Shown here in pieces: positions 56,005 through 63,727 of a stretch of DNA of 64,000 nt; positions within the stretch are counted from its first letter, which is position 1; each line of letters starts with the position of its first letter. Source of the DNA: a virus; IMG/VR virus record IMGVR_UViG_3300030116_004830, positions 23,651 to 87,650 of that record. One strand, given 5' to 3'. The notes below the pieces were generated by a model that was not told where the DNA came from, did not search any database, and was given only the letters and a program-made list of their open reading frames with translations. Made by a program: the position numbers and the translations under genes.

Positions 56005-56164
56005 GATAGTAGAAATGATTGGATGTATATTAAGGTAAGAATACAAAGCCCTTACCATATGGTTGTTTAACTTTGGGAATTTAACAACCCTGCTAAAAGT
56101 CGCCTCCCCCACTTAGGAATAGAAGGTGGGGGGAGGCATTGGGTGGAAACCTTCGCTTTAACAT

Positions 56165-56416
56165 TTAATTTGTGAATCTGTTAAAGGTCTTTAATTCGGC
56201 TATTGTTGCTTTAGCCAAATCTCCTCTCCAACCTTCAAGGTTAGAAAGGACGTAAGGGATTTGATGTTCTAATCCCTCATCACCATAAACAACATATGCT
56301 TCTATTGAAGAAGCGGCATAGGTCTTCGCATATTCGGCATATTCACCCGAAGCGTGTGCTATAACCGTAGCCATTAGTTCAAAAATTCGGTCTACTTGTT
56401 CTCTTGTGTAATTCAT
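56165..56416 (-). CDS. Cassette 5, hypothetical protein (MNYTREQV...YVLSNLEGWRG)
   Basis: TAATG coupling to the upstream ORF. Confidence 0.65.
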   Translation of the reverse strand: MNYTREQVDRIFELMATVIAHASGEYAEYAKTYAASSIEAYVVYGDEGLEHQIPYVLSNLEGWRGDLAKATIAELKTFNRFTN

Positions 56417-56529
56417 TAATATTCCCTCCTGCATTGGTCAGCATCCTTACCCTTACAATTTTTGATTGCCTTCAAAAGGTCTATTTCCTCTTCTGTTAGG
56501 TATTTCTTTCTCAAGTCACTCCGCTTCAT
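56416..56529 (-). CDS. Cassette 5, leaderless 37-aa ORF (MKRSDLRKKYL...)
   Basis: ATG immediately after CTACTATC. Confidence 0.55.
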   Translation of the reverse strand: MKRSDLRKKYLTEEEIDLLKAIKNCKGKDADQCRREY

Positions 56530-56822
56530 GATAGTAGAGATAGTTTTCTTAACATAAGGTTCCTTCTACTCAAAGTTAGTCACCATATGGTTTGGTGAAA
56601 AATGTGGCTTTTCCTGAAGCGAGAGTATTTGAATCGACAATTATGAAAATAATCTCAAATGAGTAGCAATGTGCTAGAGATTTCAGATTACAACATTCTC
56701 TACAGAATTTGAGCCTATTTGCGGACAAATTTCATTACCATATGGTAGCGCTTTGTATATCTACCCTACAAGAAATGCCCGAAGGCAAATCTTGTTGGGG
56801 TGCAGGCCAAGAACGATTAGGC

Positions 56823-57362
56823 TCAGACCTCAGCCTCCTCGACTTCAGGAACAACAAGGTTTGGCGAACCATCCTTGCTTAGAGTTCCGTCCCACTGAAT
56901 TGCTTCAGAGTTTTTGTCGGTGTAGTTCTTGTAGTATCCCGTAAGGCGTGTTTTCAAGTTTGCAACTTGAGCCTTAGCATAGGACTCTGCATCTGCGTAA
57001 GGTGTGTATCCTGCAACACCTCTTGCACGAAGCACCTCACCATAAAGGGGGTGACTCGCAAAAAGAACAGAATGTCCTTCTGCATATACCGCACAAATCG
57101 CTTCCATAGAGTCCTGAACTGCTTGGGGGAGTGAACTTCTCTTACCAATGATAATTGGGGAGTTATCCACAGTTGCAAACATATTGGTGATGTTGTTCCA
57201 ATATCGCTTACGGTATTCGGGCTTATCAGTTCCCATTTTTAAGTTCCAACGCAAAGGTGCTTCCATGTCTCCTACATCGTTATTCTTGATGTGGGATTCA
57301 ATCAATTCAACCCGTGCGGTCCATTTGTCGTCATCCATTGTATAATCTGCCATACTTTTCAT
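56823..57362 (-). CDS. Cassette 6, hypothetical protein (179 aa)
   Basis: AGGAG RBS; own promoter and UUCG hairpin. Confidence 0.7.
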   Translation of the reverse strand: MKSMADYTMDDDKWTARVELIESHIKNNDVGDMEAPLRWNLKMGTDKPEYRKRYWNNITNMFATVDNSPIIIGKRSSLPQAVQDSMEAICAVYAEGHSVLFASHPLYGEVLRARGVAGYTPYADAESYAKAQVANLKTRLTGYYKNYTDKNSEAIQWDGTLSKDGSPNLVVPEVEEAEV

Positions 57363-57597
57363 CTCCTGTTAAATCAATCCGATTCAATCATTCTTGACCT
57401 GCAATAGTGGAATGAATTGAAACTATTTGTATGGTTCCGAGCAAAGCCGAACCATATGGTTGGTATGAAATTAAACCTCAAATCAGGTGTTCATAAGATA
57501 TGACTCGATACATCTCGCAATATCATATTTCATACCATATGGTAACACAACTTTGAGAATTATGTTACCTTATGTAAAATAATATATTCTTACTATC

Positions 57598-57864
57598 ATG
57601 ATTGATTGGAGCGAAGCAGTTGAAGATTATAAGACACAATACACAGACGAAGACGGAATTCATGAATACGTTGATTCATTGGTCCCTATTTATTACGGGG
57701 ACATTACTCAAACCTTTATGGATTTACGAGGTCCGTCTATATCTTGTAAAATACATGAGGCTCATGTTGGTATGCCTGTATGGAGATTCATGCAGGAGGT
57801 CATTTATGAGGAATACATGGGTGAGTTTATGGCTCACTGGACAGGATTTGACGAAGAAGAATGA
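57598..57864 (+). CDS. Cassette 7, leaderless acidic protein
   Basis: ATG immediately after TTACTATC. Confidence 0.7.
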   Translation: MIDWSEAVEDYKTQYTDEDGIHEYVDSLVPIYYGDITQTFMDLRGPSISCKIHEAHVGMPVWRFMQEVIYEEYMGEFMAHWTGFDEEE

Positions 57865-58324
57865 GAAACTGGGGAGTGTTTTGAATGTTTACACAGGTAA
57901 GGGAGCCTCGGCAGATATGCCAAATAGCCGAACCAAACATTCACCCTTCGGGGTCATTATTCTCAAAGTTAAGACCATATGGTAACGGAAAAAACAGATA
58001 AACTGCAAATTGATTTTTCTTAAAGTTAAGTTTTCACTGCCGCCCTTTTCATAGCCCCATTTATATACTTTCCAAGAAGGCCGCTACCGAGAATGATTCA
58101 ACATTCATTCTTAGATTATCTCGCATGGAGATTGACCTCTTCAGTGCGACTAATACCTAACCTCAATATATCAACGCAGTATAACAGGGTAGTCAATCTT
58201 ACCACCCATTTTCGTATGGGTTTTATTGGGTTACATTCAATTGGTATATACAGTATAATATATTGTATAGGTATCAGGTATTTAGTAAATAATATTTGAT
58301 TTGATAATATCGGATTTCCTTTAT

Positions 58325-58635
58325 TTTGCAATTATTGTAGTGAACTACAAAATCAAAAATGCGGGAAAAACGGTGGACGAGAAAGGAAAAGTAAGTATTA
58401 TTGTAATATTGTAATTATTGTAATAATATAATATATATTACACACACTTTCTTTCTCTCTCTTTCTTTCCCTATGGGAAGGGTTACAAAATCTACAATAT
58501 TACAATATTCAAGAAAATGGCTCGCAGTGTCGTGTTTGTAGTTTTTACAAATATTACATAATGCGTAAATATTCTACAATAATGAAAGAAGTAAGTATTC
58601 CTGCTATGTAGGTGGAATATTGTAATTAATGTGAA
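58325..58635. other. AT-rich iterated-repeat region, candidate replication origin or packaging site
   Basis: More than 10 copies of (A)TTGTA/TACAA(T) in both orientations around a TA/CA/TC microsatellite-like core; no ORF. Confidence 0.5.
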
Positions 58636-58662
58636 ACTACTGGCAATGAAATAGGTGATACT

Positions 58663-58923
58663 ATGACTAGTGAAAAGAAGATTAAAGATACAATCAAGAT
58701 GATAGAGAAGTTACTTCTATCCAAGAATAAGCAATACGGAAATTCTGCATTGAAGCCATTAGGCATATTTGCGAATGGTTCAGCAGAAGAATTGATTCGT
58801 GTTAGAATAGATGATAAGTTGAATAGATTACTTCAAGGAGATGAATCTATAGAAACTGATACAGATGTAATATTAGACCTAATCGGTTATCTTGTATTAC
58901 TTCTAATATCTATGGAAGAATAA
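58663..58923 (+). CDS. DUF1599 / nucleotide-modification-associated domain protein
   Basis: KNKQYGNS...VRIDDKLNR...DLIGY. Confidence 0.7.
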   Translation: MTSEKKIKDTIKMIEKLLLSKNKQYGNSALKPLGIFANGSAEELIRVRIDDKLNRLLQGDESIETDTDVILDLIGYLVLLLISMEE

Positions 58924-58928
58924 AATTT

Positions 58929-59124
58929 GAATGAGTCCCACCACCATCTATAGAGTGAGTAACCAAAGCGTATTTTCGTTGAAGGGTTAAACTGAATACG
59001 GCGTTAGTAGATAAAACAACGTAGATGGGTCCAAAACTATTGTTTGAGAATAGATAATCTAGAATGCACTCAAAACCTTTTGGTTGACCAATCGGACCTC
59101 TGCATGAAGGGCGGGACCTCATTC
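58929..59124 (+). ncRNA. Putative ~195-nt structured intergenic RNA
   Basis: Closing stem GAATGAG-TCCC/GGGAC-CTCATTC; inner stems CCATCTA/TAGATGG, CGTATT/AATACG, GGTCC/GGACC, TTTGAG/CTCAAA. Strand assumed from flanking genes. Confidence 0.55.
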
Positions 59125-59143
59125 TATAGAGGAGATGAAAATT

Positions 59144-59731
59144 ATGAATATATTTGTTTTAGACGAAAATCCAAAAACATCAGCAAGAATGATGATAGAC
59201 AAACATGTGGTAAAAATGCCTACAGAAAGTATGCAAATGATTTCCACAATTACTAATCACTTAGGATTCGATTCACCATACAAACCTGTTATGTTGAATC
59301 ATCCTTCTACTATTTGGGCGAGAGAATCCCAAGATAACTTTCAATGGTTGTTAGACCATTGCGAAGCATTGTGCGAAGAGTTCAATCTTCGATACGATAA
59401 TACGCATAGTGTTGAATTAACATTGAGAGATAATTATGATACGTTCATGAAAGTAAAGAGTCACTTACCTAATATTGGTTTGACTCCATTTGCAATAGCA
59501 ATTAGTCCTAACATGAACTGTAGAAAACTTCCAAACTTTGAGGCTTTAAATACAGTCGAGAAATACCAACAGTATTACTTAGAAGACAAGTGGAAGTTTG
59601 CGAGTTGGAAATTGGGCAAACCATCATGGTGGCCTGACGACCATATACAAACAAAAAACCAAGAATGGAATGATTGGTTAGAATCAGAAAATGAAAGAAT
59701 AAGGAGAGTTAATAATGAGTTCACACATTAA
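59144..59731 (+). CDS. Pyrimidine-dimer DNA glycosylase-like (DenV / Pyr_excise family) protein
   Basis: MNIFVLD...DKHVVKMPTESMQM...YKP...NHPSTIW. Confidence 0.75.
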   Translation: MNIFVLDENPKTSARMMIDKHVVKMPTESMQMISTITNHLGFDSPYKPVMLNHPSTIWARESQDNFQWLLDHCEALCEEFNLRYDNTHSVELTLRDNYDTFMKVKSHLPNIGLTPFAIAISPNMNCRKLPNFEALNTVEKYQQYYLEDKWKFASWKLGKPSWWPDDHIQTKNQEWNDWLESENERIRRVNNEFTH

Positions 59732-60092
59732 TGGAAAAGTTTTGAAATTTAAGAAACAATTAGAGCAAGAAGGATTTTGCATAGACATACGAGATAACTG
59801 TTGGCGGATTTACAAGATAGGACAACCGTTCTATGCTTTTCATCCTGCCGAAAAAGGAATCCAACCGTGTATGCGGTGGATTAAGGCAACATACAAAATT
59901 GACCTTAACCCAAGGCAACAAAAATCCAAAAAGAAAATGAATCAGAAGGAAATAATGCAAATGAACCATGAGAAGATTCAGTCACTAGAACAACGACTGA
60001 AACTATCCAATGATAGGTTTACTGAATTAGTAGCATTCCTTCAAAGAAGACACCAAGATGTGTTTGAAGAATTTATGGAGAGATACGAATGA
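59715..60092 (+). CDS. Hypothetical protein (weakly HicA-like N-terminus)
   Basis: LEQEGF...WRIY...FHP pattern followed by a coiled coil. Confidence 0.5.
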   Translation: MSSHINGKVLKFKKQLEQEGFCIDIRDNCWRIYKIGQPFYAFHPAEKGIQPCMRWIKATYKIDLNPRQQKSKKKMNQKEIMQMNHEKIQSLEQRLKLSNDRFTELVAFLQRRHQDVFEEFMERYE

Positions 60093-60394
60093 ATAGAGAA
60101 ATTGATACAAGCGAATTCCAAAAGAAAATCAATCAAGCAGTTGGCCGTGTGGCCAAGAGAATTACCAAGATGGTAATTCATTACGATGATGATTCTACTA
60201 TTATTTTGGAAGACGGAGGGAGAGTTGGTAGAACAGGAAACTGGGATACTCACTGTTCGATATGTGGTGAAAAAAGTGAATCATATGTGTGTTCTCCTGA
60301 ATGCGAAGAAGAAGCATTTGAAATTCTATCTCAAATCAGAGAAGAAGAATACCAAAACGAATTACTTTATGATAAAATGAGGGATAACCTATGA
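60089..60394 (+). CDS. Hypothetical zinc-finger protein
   Basis: HCSICG...VCSPEC. Confidence 0.6.
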   Translation: MNREIDTSEFQKKINQAVGRVAKRITKMVIHYDDDSTIILEDGGRVGRTGNWDTHCSICGEKSESYVCSPECEEEAFEILSQIREEEYQNELLYDKMRDNL

Positions 60395-60630
60395 AAGAGA
60401 AATACTTTAACAATATAGAAATGGAACTTAATTCAATGATTAAGAGATTGGCTGAAAACATGGTTGAAGCCGTAAACGAAAATGAGTGGGAAGCAGTTCT
60501 GCTTTCTGCGGGAGCAATTATGGATTGTGTTAAATCAGTTCATCCAACTGCTTCAGGAAACTTACATCGAATAATGAGTGGTAAGTTCAATGGCGATAAG
60601 CCAGTGGAGAATAACAATTTATTCGGTTAA
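60391..60630 (+). CDS. Hypothetical protein
   Basis: In-operon ORF. Confidence 0.6.
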   Translation: MKEKYFNNIEMELNSMIKRLAENMVEAVNENEWEAVLLSAGAIMDCVKSVHPTASGNLHRIMSGKFNGDKPVENNNLFG

Positions 60631-60640
60631 CCATACAATT

Positions 60641-60712
60641 GGGCGTATGGTGTAATGGATAGCATTTTGGCCTTCTAAGCCGAAGATAGGGGTTCGATTC
60701 CTCTTACGCCCG
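60641..60712 (+). tRNA. tRNA-Arg(TCT), no encoded CCA, no intron
   Basis: Acceptor GGGCGTA/TACGCCC, anticodon arm TTGGC-CTTCTAA-GCCGA, T arm GGTTCGATTCC. AGA is visibly the common Arg codon in this genome. Confidence 0.93.
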
Positions 60713-60738
60713 TATGGTAATAATAAAGAGATGATAAT

Positions 60739-60981
60739 ATGGAAAGACAAATAGAATTTAGATTAATAGAAGAAGAAGATATGCCTCCGATTGTAATTAC
60801 AATTGGAGAAAACTTAGAACCAAAGGTTGTCCTCAATGCCCACCATAGAATATGGATGGGATGGAAAAGGAAAATGATTGGCGGAGTAGCAAAGAGCCTC
60901 TATGATAAAATAGATGAGTTACTAGATAGTTACTTAGCAGACCAATACCAATTACAGGAGATGGATACATGGGAAGAATGA
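60739..60981 (+). CDS. Hypothetical protein
   Basis: ORF track. Confidence 0.65.
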   Translation: MERQIEFRLIEEEDMPPIVITIGENLEPKVVLNAHHRIWMGWKRKMIGGVAKSLYDKIDELLDSYLADQYQLQEMDTWEE

Positions 60982-61115
60982 AAGAAATAGCAATGTTACT
61001 TGAAGAAGGTAATAGTGTATATGAAGTCGCTAGAATCATGAAAATAGATGTAGAGGTAATCAAAGCACTAATCAGTAGGTCAAAGAACCCTTGGCCTGAT
61101 AAGGAGGAAGATTAA
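60978..61115 (+). CDS. 45-aa HTH-like protein (MKEIAMLLEEGNSVYEVARIMKI...)
   Basis: Below the track cutoff; coupled at both ends; HTH pattern. Confidence 0.55.
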   Translation: MKEIAMLLEEGNSVYEVARIMKIDVEVIKALISRSKNPWPDKEED

Positions 61116-61459
61116 TGTCCTACAATGAAGGAAAAATATGGGATTCTAAAAGAGGTTGGGTTACTCCCCATCGAGGAATAACCATCCGTAGAATTAAACC
61201 AGTAAATCCAGTAACAGTTCAGGATTATGATGATTATCTTAATGCCCCTGATAATCCCGATTATACTTTATGGAGCAAAGAATTAGATAAAATAGGATAT
61301 ACTGAAAAAAACTGTCCTCTCGCAAGAGAAGAAAGGTTTGAGAAAAAACTAGAGAGATTTGAAAAAATAAACAATTGGCTCAACCGACTACCATTCGTTA
61401 GAGTGATAGTATTAGATAAAGAGAATACTTCAAAGAACCCATTCACAAGGAGAGATTAA
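61115..61459 (+). CDS. Hypothetical protein
   Basis: ORF track; GGAGG RBS. Confidence 0.6.
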   Translation: MSYNEGKIWDSKRGWVTPHRGITIRRIKPVNPVTVQDYDDYLNAPDNPDYTLWSKELDKIGYTEKNCPLAREERFEKKLERFEKINNWLNRLPFVRVIVLDKENTSKNPFTRRD

Positions 61460-61460
61460 A

Positions 61461-61601
61461 ATGAAGTATATTTTAACAGATTGGCATGGAACAGAACAGG
61501 GCGAAAAGCCTAGAATTTTAATATTCAAAAACAAAGATGATTTGATTGAACAATTAATGAATTTTTTAGATGACGACATTACATTAGAGGTGATTAAATG
61601 A
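61461..61601 (+). CDS. 46-aa hypothetical protein (MKYILTDWHG...)
   Basis: AGGAG RBS; overlaps the next ATG. Confidence 0.5.
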   Translation: MKYILTDWHGTEQGEKPRILIFKNKDDLIEQLMNFLDDDITLEVIK

Positions 61602-62890
61602 ATTACAATAACAGATTAAGAAACGAAATACTAGCAAGAGGTGGCGAATTTATTGCTACTGGAAATCTTATTCACGATATGGTGAGTAAGAAGTGGGACA
61701 ACCCAACAGGAGCATTCAATGTAGCATTGAAGAATAATCTTGTTGAGATGTCCGTTGCAGATGATTGGAAAGAAGCAAGAAAGGAATGGAAGGCTACAGG
61801 AAAGGTTTGGTATATTCCCCTAGCCGATGATGCTACAGATGTTCTACCTGAACCTCATAAAAGTAGCCATCCTCATTATTGTGTTTGTGGACATCCTATC
61901 GCATGGCATTTTGAAATTGAGAATACCGAGAATGGAAGATTAGAAGTTGTTGGTAGTGAACATATTGGCTTTTGGATGATTGTTAGACATCTAGTAGAAA
62001 ACCTAGAGATGGACCCCGAAGAAGTTACTCAAGAGAGAGTAAAGGAGTGGGTCAAAGAAGCAATCAAATCCATGAAAGCGGAATGGTGGTGGAGTCAATA
62101 CGGAGAAGAGTTTGAAGAATGGTTTTCAGCCATTAGAGAACAGGACTTGATTCTTAATACAAGACAAGGACCTCAATATTATGATAATGATACTGCTAGA
62201 AATGAACACAAGAGATTGATTCGTAAGAAGGGAGTAGGAACAAGAGGAACAAATGAGTTCCAAATGCCTTCTATTGTTTGGAGATGGAACCATCCTGATA
62301 ACGATAAGACGGCACAAATCAATACTACTGGTTATCCTAATCGTGACCTTTGGAATGACCTTCAAATGTTCTACTTCAATCTTGATAAGCATAATGCTAA
62401 GATTGAGGAAATGAATCGAGAAAGGCAAGAAAGAATCGAAGAAATTGCCGAACAAAGAAGAGTCATGGAAGAAGAAAGAAGAGAAAGAAATAGGCTTCAC
62501 GAAGAAAGAATGCAGAGACAAGCAGAGAGAAGGAGACAGGAACAAATTGAACATCAAAGGCTTCTTGATACTGCCTTTGAAAGAACATGTTCCGAGTGGG
62601 GCATTGTCCAATTTACTGCTGAAAGCGGGAGAGATGCTTGGGAACAAGATTTCCTTTTGAAGATGATTAAGAGAATTAATTCCTTGGATTATATTTCAGA
62701 GAAACAAAAGCAGAGAGTTATCAAGATTATCAATCGAGAAGATGAACCTGCTACCGAAAAGCAGTTGTCTTACATTCGTGCTTTGGGTGGAGAACCTAAC
62801 CCTAATCTAACCAAAATAAAGGCAAGTAAAATGATTGACGAATTGAAAAATCCTCCTGAAGTAGTAATTACTGATGAGGAGGAGGAATAA
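61598..62890 (+). CDS. Hypothetical protein: Zn-binding N-domain, coiled coil, C-terminal PATEKQ (DUF3072-like) motif
   Basis: CVCGHPI...VGSEHI; PATEKQLSYIRALG...KASKMIDEL. Confidence 0.65.
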   Translation: MNYNNRLRNEILARGGEFIATGNLIHDMVSKKWDNPTGAFNVALKNNLVEMSVADDWKEARKEWKATGKVWYIPLADDATDVLPEPHKSSHPHYCVCGHPIAWHFEIENTENGRLEVVGSEHIGFWMIVRHLVENLEMDPEEVTQERVKEWVKEAIKSMKAEWWWSQYGEEFEEWFSAIREQDLILNTRQGPQYYDNDTARNEHKRLIRKKGVGTRGTNEFQMPSIVWRWNHPDNDKTAQINTTGYPNRDLWNDLQMFYFNLDKHNAKIEEMNRERQERIEEIAEQRRVMEEERRERNRLHEERMQRQAERRRQEQIEHQRLLDTAFERTCSEWGIVQFTAESGRDAWEQDFLLKMIKRINSLDYISEKQKQRVIKIINREDEPATEKQLSYIRALGGEPNPNLTKIKASKMIDELKNPPEVVITDEEEE

Positions 62891-62935
62891 AGTCAAATCA
62901 CTGGCTTAAACTCTAAACAATAAAGAGGTGATAAA

Positions 62936-63190
62936 ATGTTAAAGAAACAATTAGAACAAAGAATACTAGAATTAGAAGAAGAAAATAATGGAATTAAAAT
63001 GGTAGCCGAAAGGCTCCATGAACAGAATGAAACCTTACAAATGTATGTGAACCAATTGAGAGGTAAACTACAAGAAGTAAGTAGCAACATGATTGCATAC
63101 GAGAGTAGTATGTTGGTCATGACGAGTCGGCTCAAGGAATTGGGCGGCTTAATAAGTGAACAGAACGTAGAAAAAAATAGGAGCGAATAA
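62936..63190 (+). CDS. Coiled-coil protein
   Basis: GAGGTGA RBS; heptad pattern. Confidence 0.65.
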   Translation: MLKKQLEQRILELEEENNGIKMVAERLHEQNETLQMYVNQLRGKLQEVSSNMIAYESSMLVMTSRLKELGGLISEQNVEKNRSE

Positions 63191-63192
63191 TT

Positions 63193-63396
63193 ATGAAACT
63201 AAGAATTTTGAATGAAACGGGACACACCGAAATGTCGGTGGCGGCTAGTGAGATTGTAGACCACATTAACGAACATGCAACCCATTGGGTTTTCGTTGAT
63301 GGGGAAATGATTAGCAGAAGCGACATCAACGCAGTTAATTGGGATGATGTCTCTGACGTTGAACTAGTTCCCGCTATCGTTGGCGGAACCTGTTAA
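63193..63396 (+). CDS. Ubiquitin-like (SAMP/ThiS/MoaD-type beta-grasp) protein with a masked GG
   Basis: VFVDGE...DVELVPAIVGG-TC C-terminus. Confidence 0.7.
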   Translation: MKLRILNETGHTEMSVAASEIVDHINEHATHWVFVDGEMISRSDINAVNWDDVSDVELVPAIVGGTC

Positions 63397-63418
63397 ACAG
63401 GAATAACATTCCATAGTG

Positions 63419-63540
63419 GATTACGGTTCCTAGGCAGGAATGCTTAGGGTAATTGATGTAAGAACGAAAGTGGTTTCACCTTTGTTGGTGTTGAAAACGG
63501 GGAGTCGCATTTCCGTTATTGTTCTAACATCCCCGTAATC
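63419..63540 (+). ncRNA. Putative ~120-nt structured RNA upstream of the RNR
   Basis: GATTACGG/CCGTAATC closing stem; GATGT-AGAAC/GTTCT-ACATC; TTCCT/AGGAA; AACGG/CCGTT. Confidence 0.45.
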
Positions 63541-63727
63541 TGCTAGACATTTGAGATTGTTATTTTACAATCTCTACAAAACTAAAAGTTGAAACTTTTT
63601 TCAACAAAATTAGGGGCATAGTCGTAGTCCCTCGCTATTTGGCCATTAAGGTTCATATAGTGTAAATTCATGACGAAGAATACCCATATTCAGTTGTTTG
63701 AAATGGGTAATTAAAGAGGTTGTAACC

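Larger units (their letters stand above)
53240..57992. repeat. Array of 11 palindromic (A)CCATATGGT sites with conserved arms, delimiting 7 cassettes and 3 spacers
   Basis: Cores start at 53252, 54067, 54451, 55257, 55393, 56055, 56583, 56738, 57452, 57535, 57975. Arms are either N4-7-CTTTG or N1-5-TGAAA. Confidence 0.9.

Noticed and set aside
53240-57992. CRISPR array interpretation of the CCATATGG repeats
   Set aside because: Spacing is 75-810 bp and irregular, the conserved core is only 10 bp, intervening segments contain genes and promoters, and no cas genes are present.
53240-57992. Artefact of NdeI (CATATG) digestion and religation
   Set aside because: Conservation extends beyond the 6-mer (ACCATATGGT plus paired arms and promoters), and CATATG sites elsewhere (e.g. 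about 3110, 30255) lie within intact ORFs.
58093-58331. Overlapping 68-aa and 71-aa ORFs
   Set aside because: No convincing RBS and atypical composition; probably non-coding DNA next to the putative origin.
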